Below are positions 24,574-32,000 of a stretch of DNA of 32,000 bases, piece after piece. The notes under the pieces were generated by a model. The model saw only the letters and a program-made list of their open reading frames with translations, did not search any database and had not been told where the DNA came from. Position 1 is the stretch's first letter. Every line of letters begins with the position of its first letter. The stretch spans positions 120,001 through 152,000 of the forward strand of contig NZ_PQWO01000001.1 in NCBI RefSeq assembly GCF_003231495.1. The letters are read 5' to 3'. The DNA comes from Acaryochloris thomasi RCC1774 (GTDB taxonomy: Bacteria; Cyanobacteriota; Cyanobacteriia; Thermosynechococcales; Thermosynechococcaceae). Made by a program: the position numbers and the translations under genes.

Positions 24574-26850
24574 TCAAAAGATCTCGGCTGTTTGATCACC
24601 GGGGGATAGCGTTGTGCGAAATCCATTACTAGGGGTCCATTGAATTGCGCCGTCTCGTACGGCCCAGTAGGTATTGGGGGCTAGTTTTTCAAAGGATGCC
24701 GGAAGGCTGCGGTCCTTGTTGGAATAAATAATCGTTTCGGGCTTCAGTGTCTCGGGCAAAGGACCGGGTTGCCCCACCCACCACAGCACGTCAATTTCAG
24801 GAAGCTGAGCCGTTTGCAACCAAGCCTGCGGATTAGACTGAGGCCCCCCGGTCAAAAGCAACCAATTTTTCTGTGCTATTTTCATCAGCACGATAGCGGG
24901 CTGGTTTCGCAGGAAGGTTACTTCGACCTGCCCCAGGGTTAGAGGTTGCTGCGCCTGTAAAACCTGCATTTCTACAGGCGCTCTGGGGTTTGAGGCAGAG
25001 AGCATATCCGTGATGGCGCTGGCGTCTTTCCCGGCTCCGGCGCTGAGGGTGTTGATGGGCATGCGCTGGAGCAGCGTCTGCCAACCTTCTTCTAGGCGAG
25101 GCCAGGATGTGGTTGCGATCGCAACATCAATCCCATTCACCCCCTGCCGCCCCAAAAACGGAATCACGCTTTGCTGAACCGTCACAGGATCACCGCTGTT
25201 CACAAGCAGCGTCGCCCCTGGCTGCTGAATCACCATAATTGGCGGGTTCACCGAGTCAAACAGCGTCACCTGAAAGCGATTTGATTGAACCTGCCAAACC
25301 GGTAAAACAATGATGCAAAGAGCTGTGGCTAAGGCAAACTGCCAGTGCCGCTGCCCCCAAGGCCACAGCCATGCCCCCAAAAGTAAGGCGTACAGAATAA
25401 TCAACTGCAGAATTGAAACGGTTCCCAGTGCCGTCGTGCTTCCAGGGAGCTGCACCACAGCATCAACCATCCATATCAAAACATGGGCCGGATAGTAGAG
25501 CAGTCCTGCGACAGCACCACCCAACGGCGGCAGCAAAGCCGCCATCAACCCACTGATAAAACCACCCACGGTCAGAATCACCAGAAAGCCGGTCGCCAGA
25601 ATATTTGCCAGCAGTCCATAAACTGGAACAATGCCAAACCGAAAAAGCTGGAGCGGCAGCGTCCAGAGCGTGGCAGCCAACGGCACAGCAATCAGCGCCG
25701 CCAAGCGAGGCGGTAGCCAGTCCAACACCTTCATAAATGTCGGAATCGAGATAATTAGGCCAAAGGTGGCTAAAAAGCTGAGCTGAAACCCTAAATCCCA
25801 AATCCAAAGCGGATTGATCACCAATAAGAAGACAGCGATCATTAACAGGAGTCCCACCGATTGCTTCCTGCGGTTGGTCACCAGAGCAGACAAACTAGCG
25901 ATGCCCATCAAGATCGCCCGAGAGACGGAAGGCGTAAAGCCACTCAAGCCACCAAAAAGAAGCAGCGTTCCGCAACCTATCGCGGCCTGTTGATTCAGGG
26001 GTAAAGGTCGGGTGAACGCTAGCACAGCGGCTAAAATCAGCGAGACGTGGAAACCAGAGGCCGCCAGAGCATGGGCCAATCCCGCCTGTCTAAAGTCATC
26101 TTGCGTTTTCCCAGGCATGTCAACAGAGCGCCCTCCCAACACCATTGCGCTCACCAGTGCCCCTTCCGTTTCGCCCAGGTAGCGGACTTGCGATCGCACA
26201 ATTCGCTGCCGCAACGCCCACCATCCCCAAGTCGATCCGGCATCGGTGATCTTAATTTTTTGACCCGATAGACCGACAAAAATACTCTGTCGCGCTAGCT
26301 TCTGGGCAAAGTCAAACCCTTTGGGAAGAGAGGCTCTCGGGGGTTGATAAAGAAAGCCTGATATCTCAACTGTCTGACTCGGGTGTATCTTCTGGGCCTG
26401 CTTCTGAGTAACGGTAACGTAAACCTTGCTGCGAACCCTTTGTGATTCTGATCCGACAATGACTTGACTGGCCTGAAGATGAAATCGGGACTTTTGCGAT
26501 CTCGTCACCCCAGGAAACGTTTTCACTGTTCCGACCACCGTTGCTTCTAGTCGTGTGGCACTCGTTAGCTGAGGAACGGTTCGACTAATATCCAGTGGGC
26601 TTGGATAGGGAACTCGAATATGAAGATAGCCGATAGCGGCTAGAGCAACTCCAATGGCAACGAACCAGTGCCAAGCGGGTGGTCCCATACGCCAAGCAAA
26701 GGGGAGCCACTTTATGCGGGTTGCTTGGGATCTCAACAGCGCCGCCATCAACCCGAGCAAAATTAGTACGAGCCAACCCCAGGCCATACCGGTTGTGAGC
26801 AATCCCAAAATGAAGGCTAAGCAGAGAACAACGCCCGAGAAAGGAAGCAT
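24574..26850 (-). CDS. comEC: ComEC/Rec2 family DNA-internalisation channel protein
   Basis: The 758-aa polytopic membrane protein has an N-terminal OB-like region, a core with F..AGLAHALAASGFHVSLIL, and a C-terminal beta-lactamase-like region. Confidence 0.85.
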   Translation of the reverse strand: MLPFSGVVLCLAFILGLLTTGMAWGWLVLILLGLMAALLRSQATRIKWLPFAWRMGPPAWHWFVAIGVALAAIGYLHIRVPYPSPLDISRTVPQLTSATRLEATVVGTVKTFPGVTRSQKSRFHLQASQVIVGSESQRVRSKVYVTVTQKQAQKIHPSQTVEISGFLYQPPRASLPKGFDFAQKLARQSIFVGLSGQKIKITDAGSTWGWWALRQRIVRSQVRYLGETEGALVSAMVLGGRSVDMPGKTQDDFRQAGLAHALAASGFHVSLILAAVLAFTRPLPLNQQAAIGCGTLLLFGGLSGFTPSVSRAILMGIASLSALVTNRRKQSVGLLLMIAVFLLVINPLWIWDLGFQLSFLATFGLIISIPTFMKVLDWLPPRLAALIAVPLAATLWTLPLQLFRFGIVPVYGLLANILATGFLVILTVGGFISGLMAALLPPLGGAVAGLLYYPAHVLIWMVDAVVQLPGSTTALGTVSILQLIILYALLLGAWLWPWGQRHWQFALATALCIIVLPVWQVQSNRFQVTLFDSVNPPIMVIQQPGATLLVNSGDPVTVQQSVIPFLGRQGVNGIDVAIATTSWPRLEEGWQTLLQRMPINTLSAGAGKDASAITDMLSASNPRAPVEMQVLQAQQPLTLGQVEVTFLRNQPAIVLMKIAQKNWLLLTGGPQSNPQAWLQTAQLPEIDVLWWVGQPGPLPETLKPETIIYSNKDRSLPASFEKLAPNTYWAVRDGAIQWTPSNGFRTTLSPGDQTAEIF

Positions 26851-26895
26851 AGCGAGTGAGAGGACAGTTGCCCGGAATTGTACAGCAGTTGAGCG

Positions 26896-27375
26896 CTATT
26901 CCTCCTCGATTAAATCAACGAGCTGTCGCTGCTTGTGACTGCGAAACTGACGCTTTTTGATCCGTGGATAGTCGCAAACGTCATACTCCCGCCGTTCGCC
27001 CCCCATCAAATAGACCAGATCTTCAGCAAACGGATTGTGCAAGCAGTGGGGTAGAGAAGGAGCCGTGAACCCCATAAAATCACCTGGGCCAACTTCGTAT
27101 TGAGCATCCCCAATATCAGCAATCCCTCGACCCGAAAGAATATAGAGAAATTCTTCTTCATGGCGATGACAGTGAAACTGAGTCGAAGCCTTGCCCGGCT
27201 CAACGCGAACCTGATATAAACCCAAGCGCTCTAATCCCACAGCATCTCCTAACGACTTTGTATGTCGTATGGCTTCTGCGTTTAGCGGATGAGTAAAGCT
27301 CTGCTCTGGCTGCTGATCAATCTGCTGAGCGGAGAGTAAACAAAAATCCTGATTTTCTGCCCTTAGACTTTTCAT
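26896..27375 (-). CDS. Cupin domain protein
   Basis: The product carries G.....H.H..EEEF.YILSG.G...IGD..YEV.PGDF.GF......H...N, the cupin_2 two-motif pattern. Confidence 0.7.
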   Translation of the reverse strand: MKSLRAENQDFCLLSAQQIDQQPEQSFTHPLNAEAIRHTKSLGDAVGLERLGLYQVRVEPGKASTQFHCHRHEEEFLYILSGRGIADIGDAQYEVGPGDFMGFTAPSLPHCLHNPFAEDLVYLMGGERREYDVCDYPRIKKRQFRSHKQRQLVDLIEEE

Positions 27376-27481
27376 TCCTACAGTCGTTCAATCTACAAAA
27401 AAATGATTACAAGGACGTCTAAATTGACTGCAGCCTCAGATTAGCTGTCCGTCAGGGCTTTTCTTGAAGGCGGATGCGGGA

Positions 27482-28546
27482 CTAGTCAGGGAAACGCTCA
27501 ATGATTCCGCCCCCAAGTAGCGTCTCTCCGTCATACCAGACCGCAGCCTGTCCCGGCGTGATCCCAAACTGCGGATCGTCAAAGACCAGATTCACTCGCA
27601 AGCCCTGATCGTCAAGCGGCACCACCGTCACAGGTACCGGCTGCGAGCGATAGCGAATTTGGACTTCCGCTCGAATTGGCGCATCTGGCTTCGCCATTGA
27701 AACCCAATTGATCCGCTGGACTTTGCATTCAGACTTTTGGGCCGAGTTGCGATCGCCCACCACCACGCGATTCATCGCCGCATCTAAACCAATCACATAG
27801 AGCGGATCAGGAGCCGCAATCCCCAGCCCCCTGCGCTGACCAATCGTATAGTGATGCACGCCTTGGTGATGCCCTAAGACCTGCCCCTGCTGATTCACAA
27901 TTTCACCCTGCTGAGGCGTAATGTACTGATCAAGAAACGTCTGCATCGATCCGTGAGCTTCCACTAGACACAGATCCTGGCTTTCAGGCTTCTCCGCCGT
28001 ATGCAAATTGAACTCCGCCGCAACGCGACGAGTCTGGGACTTCGTCTGCTCACCCAGCGGAAAGATCGTGTGCGCCAGCATTTCTTGACTCAAATCATAA
28101 AGAAAGTAGGACTGGTCCTTTTGCCGATCCACCGCTCGCAAAAGTCGATAGCGCTGCGACTGCGGATCATATTCAATTCGGGCATAGTGTCCCGTCGCCA
28201 TCGTTGATGTGTCGAGTTCAGCTTGGGCATAGCTCAACATCGGTCCAAACTTAACGGTCTTGTTGCACTGAGAGCAGGGCAAGGGGGTGACGCCTTGTTC
28301 ATACCCGGTTACCAAATAGTCCACAATCGCAGCCTGGAAGAGATCACGAGTATCTACAACGTGATGGGGAACGCCTAATTCTTCACAAAGCTGTGCTGCA
28401 TCCACCAGACCCTCAGAGCAGCACTGCCCTTTGCCTTTCATCAGCCATAGCGTCAGTCCAATCACCTCATAGCCAAGGTGGTGCAGACTTGCGGCTGCGA
28501 CTGAACTATCAACACCGCCAGAGAGACCAACGACAACCTTTTTCAT
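27482..28546 (-). CDS. mnmA: tRNA 2-thiouridine(34) synthase MnmA
   Basis: The product starts [18 protein letters not shown] (PP-loop SGGxDS), has the catalytic Cys context ...CCS..D and CSQCN, and is 354 aa long. Confidence 0.9.
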   Translation of the reverse strand: MKKVVVGLSGGVDSSVAAASLHHLGYEVIGLTLWLMKGKGQCCSEGLVDAAQLCEELGVPHHVVDTRDLFQAAIVDYLVTGYEQGVTPLPCSQCNKTVKFGPMLSYAQAELDTSTMATGHYARIEYDPQSQRYRLLRAVDRQKDQSYFLYDLSQEMLAHTIFPLGEQTKSQTRRVAAEFNLHTAEKPESQDLCLVEAHGSMQTFLDQYITPQQGEIVNQQGQVLGHHQGVHHYTIGQRRGLGIAAPDPLYVIGLDAAMNRVVVGDRNSAQKSECKVQRINWVSMAKPDAPIRAEVQIRYRSQPVPVTVVPLDDQGLRVNLVFDDPQFGITPGQAAVWYDGETLLGGGIIERFPD

Positions 28547-28942
28547 AATCCACTTTCTCTATGGAAGACCCAGATAGTCCTACCTTCATTTCATGCTAAC
28601 TTCTGGCAGCCGTAGTTTTGCAATGATTGTCCGAGAAGCAGAAGTATATACCCTTGCTGACCGACTAACGGTAGATTTATCGCAAACACAACAAAGCCAA
28701 ATTATCCCAGTTTTCACTGGGTTGTAGCGCTTGCGGCAGAGGCTTTTGTTGCTATGATAATGGTGAAATTTTTGAGCTGCATGGCTGATGGCCTGATCTT
28801 GAAGCGCAGTGTAAGCCGATATAGGGTTGCTCAGCAAAGCTCTGAGTCCGACGGTCTGGTTTATCTATTGCCCTCGTTATTCGAGCGGCGCTTTCCATCA
28901 CCTCAGTGTTTATGTAGCGGAGCTGCCTCGGAGACAATTTTC

Positions 28943-29209
28943 ATGGGAATTTATATCGGCAATCTAAATTATGATGTGACCGAAGAAGAGCTAAAGGCCG
29001 TCTTGACGGCCTATGGAACAGTGCAAAAGCTTCACTTACCTGTTGATCGAGAAACCGGTCGCAAGAGAGGCTTTGGCTTTATCGATATGGCGAATGACAC
29101 TGAGGAAGAAACCGTCATCTCTGAACTTGACGGTGCCGAATGGATGGGTCGGCAAATGAAAGTCAACAAGGCCCGCCCCCGTGAGTCGCGACCTAATAAA
29201 ACTTGGTAA
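28943..29209 (+). CDS. rbp: RRM-type RNA-binding protein (short class, no Gly-rich tail)
   Basis: I moved the start to the ATG at 28943, with GGAGA 8 nt upstream. RNP2 is IYIGNL and RNP1 is KRGFGFIDM. The product is 88 aa. Confidence 0.85.
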   Translation: MGIYIGNLNYDVTEEELKAVLTAYGTVQKLHLPVDRETGRKRGFGFIDMANDTEEETVISELDGAEWMGRQMKVNKARPRESRPNKTW

Positions 29210-29649
29210 CAACTGCAGGCTCACACGGAGACTGCTCAACAAGATGAAGTTGCGGTAATGTAATTCACCAACAGTGGCTCATGATCTGCGGTTGAGTTAC
29301 AGCAGCGTTTTTTGTACCTATAGCGGTAACTGTAGCTGGCAAAGATCAGCGCGGGAGGTGCTTTCATATATCGGTTGAAGCGACTTCAAGACAGGGCTTC
29401 AATGTTGCGATCGCATCTCACTGAACCTTCACCTAGAGCTGATTAAATCGACGAATAGTTTGGCTACAATTATAGAAATAGTCATCTTGACTTTGTGCAT
29501 ATCAAATCAAGGGCTATCTCAGTTGAGGCAGATATTTGCCCAAATGCAATCTCGGATAGGGTGTGATGCTGGCAGAGCGAAGAAAAAACTTCGCCGTCTT
29601 GCCTTGATGCCATCTCTTAGTTGTTTTGATAAACAGGAATGTAGGAGCA

Positions 29650-29829
29650 GTGACTCAGGTTGTTTTAGGCCAGAACGAAAGAATTGAATCAGCATTGCGC
29701 CGATTCAAGAGACAGGTTTCGAAGGCCGGTATTTTGGCAGACGTGAAGCGTCGTCGCTATTTTGAAACACCCATTGAGAAAAAGAAGCGCAAGCAAGTGG
29801 CCATGCGGCGCAAGCGCAGAATGCGCTAG
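29650..29829 (+). CDS. rpsU: 30S ribosomal protein S21
   Basis: GTG start directly after AGGAG (29643-29647). The product (M)[47 protein letters not shown] is nearly identical in pattern to cyanobacterial S21. Confidence 0.9.
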   Translation: MTQVVLGQNERIESALRRFKRQVSKAGILADVKRRRYFETPIEKKKRKQVAMRRKRRMR

Positions 29830-29929
29830 GTCTTGCCTAACTTAGCCCGGAAGTCGTTGGCTCTAGCATAGGGGATAGATTGTTTCTGTCCTTCACATAT
29901 CAATCTGCCAGCATTAGGCAGTAAAATAA

Positions 29930-30967
<1,038 letters not shown>

Positions 30968-31000
30968 AGCACAGGTCTACTTTATTCTTCGCTGAGTTTT

Positions 31001-31043
31001 GGCCCTCACCCCCAACCCCTCTCCCAATGCTGGACGAGGGGAG
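31001..31043. repeat. Short GC-rich cyanobacterial intergenic element (CCCTCACCCCCAACCCCTCTCCC ... GAGGGGAG)
   Basis: CCCCTC (31016-31021) pairs with GAGGGG (31036-31041). From memory, the C-rich half resembles a motif seen in many intergenic regions of filamentous cyanobacteria. I could not count copies here. Confidence 0.35.
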
Positions 31044-31463
31044 CTAGATGGCTTCGCTAAGCCGCTTTAGTGCCCTGATGGTTCTCTGATATCGAACGGC
31101 GTCGCCTTCTCTTTGATAGAGGCTGGCTGCTCTTTGCAAATTAATGATTGCACCGGCTCGATCCCCAAGGTCGGCACGAGTGACGCCGCGATTTTTATAG
31201 ACGTGGGCCAAATTGGCATCAATCTAGAAGTCTTCAATAAAGCCTTCTAGATCACCGCTGGAGACCCGTACGGCCACTCGATTGCTGCAGTTACGGAAAT
31301 CGTTCGGTCTGATTGAGATCGCTTGATCAAAATCGGCGATCGCTTCAGGATACTGCTTCCTCGCGAAGAGCACATTACCGCGTCCGCCATGGGCATGGAA
31401 AAACCGGGGACGAATTTTCAGGGCCTGATTGTAATCTGAGAGTGCTCTCTGCAGATCGCCCAT
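31044..31463 (-). pseudogene. TPR-repeat gene remnant with an in-frame TAG
   Basis: The track ORF 31224-31463 (MGDLQRALSDYNQALKIRP...AIADFDQAISIRPND...) stops at the TAG at 31224-31226. The same frame continues IDANLAHVYKNRGVTRADLGDRAGAIINLQRAASLYQREGDAVRYQRTIRALKRLSEAI* to 31044. The first Met falls in the middle of a TPR unit. Confidence 0.55.
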
Positions 31464-31704
31464 TCGATAATATTACCCGTACTAAAGCTATAAATTGAGT
31501 TTGTAATGGCCTCTAGACCGCCCCTGCGGCACTAACAGCACACGACGGTCGCCACCCTTTCATGATGCCTTATGAGTCCGGCAGGAACTTCTAATCTGCA
31601 GCTCATATCTATCACAGGTAAACTTTCTTTATAAAGTGTTATAAGAGAGTGATATTTACGATGACCCCGTAGGGTGTGTCTCGTGGCCGTAAGGAGTGGG
31701 TTTT

Positions 31705-32000
31705 ATGTCAATTAGTATGAAAGAAGCCTTCGAGGTGGGGAGCTACTTAGTCACCCAGCGCATGAAGGGTCGGAAGCGTTTTCCCCTCGTGCTCATGCTC
31801 GAACCTTTATTTCGCTGTAACCTAGCCTGTTCCGGTTGTGGCAAAATTCAGCATCCCAAAGAGATTTTGAAGCAGAACCTCACGCCAGAACAGTGCTTCA
31901 AGGCAGTTGAGGAATGTGGTGTACCCGTCGTTTCGATTCCAGGTGGCGAGCCGCTCCTGCATCCTCAAATTGATGAAATTGTGGCCGGATTGGTTCAGCG
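31705..32000 (+). CDS. hpnH: Adenosyl-hopene transferase HpnH (radical SAM), 5' part; runs off the window
   Basis: My own translation gives [93 protein letters not shown]. It has the CxxxCxxC radical-SAM cluster motif in the HpnH context, with AAGGAG 8 nt upstream. It is absent from the ORF track because there is no stop before the window edge. Confidence 0.8.
   Translation, partial: MSISMKEAFEVGSYLVTQRMKGRKRFPLVLMLEPLFRCNLACSGCGKIQHPKEILKQNLTPEQCFKAVEECGVPVVSIPGGEPLLHPQIDEIVAGLVQ

Overview
The window looks like a cyanobacterial chromosome segment. The octamer GCGATCGC (HIP1) recurs throughout, and the genes include psaK, ndhM, crtQ/zds, desB, an RRM-type rbp followed by rpsU, and hpnH. About 28 kb is ordinary housekeeping sequence: trpF, crtQ plus an SRPBCC gene, ndhM, an AGCS symporter, a PiT transporter, a J-domain protein, thiS, a DUF1517 protein, a flavin oxidoreductase, desB, prolyl oligopeptidase, tRNA-Ser(CGA), comEC, a cupin, mnmA, rbp-rpsU, ilvC and the 5' end of hpnH. 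The left 3.7 kb is different. It holds the 3' end of a visibly AT-rich gene built from exact 129-nt (43-aa) helical repeats, then a dense and partly decayed toxin-antitoxin/nuclease islet: an RHH antitoxin, a PIN remnant, higBA, DUF433 with a frameshifted DUF5615, and a Uma2 nuclease. Smaller accessory insertions are a DUF4160/DUF2442 pair and an orphan YgjP-like Zn-peptidase next to the tRNA. I found no CRISPR array, transposase, integrase or complete multi-gene defence system. The most interesting items are these: (1) a 357-aa protein with a near-textbook tandem MshEN-type c-di-GMP-binding motif plus a CxxC...CxxC ribbon, divergent from a 536-aa protein of unknown function that sits upstream of crtQ; (2) a ComB-like phosphatase fused to a roughly 350-aa Ala/Lys/Glu-rich tail with a 90-nt tandem duplication, joined to thiS by a TAATG overlap; (3) a ComEC whose beta-lactamase-like domain has lost all expected metal-binding motifs; (4) the toxin-antitoxin islet and the repeat protein, whose N-terminus lies outside the window. 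All functional calls come from reading the translations against remembered family signatures. No database search was run.
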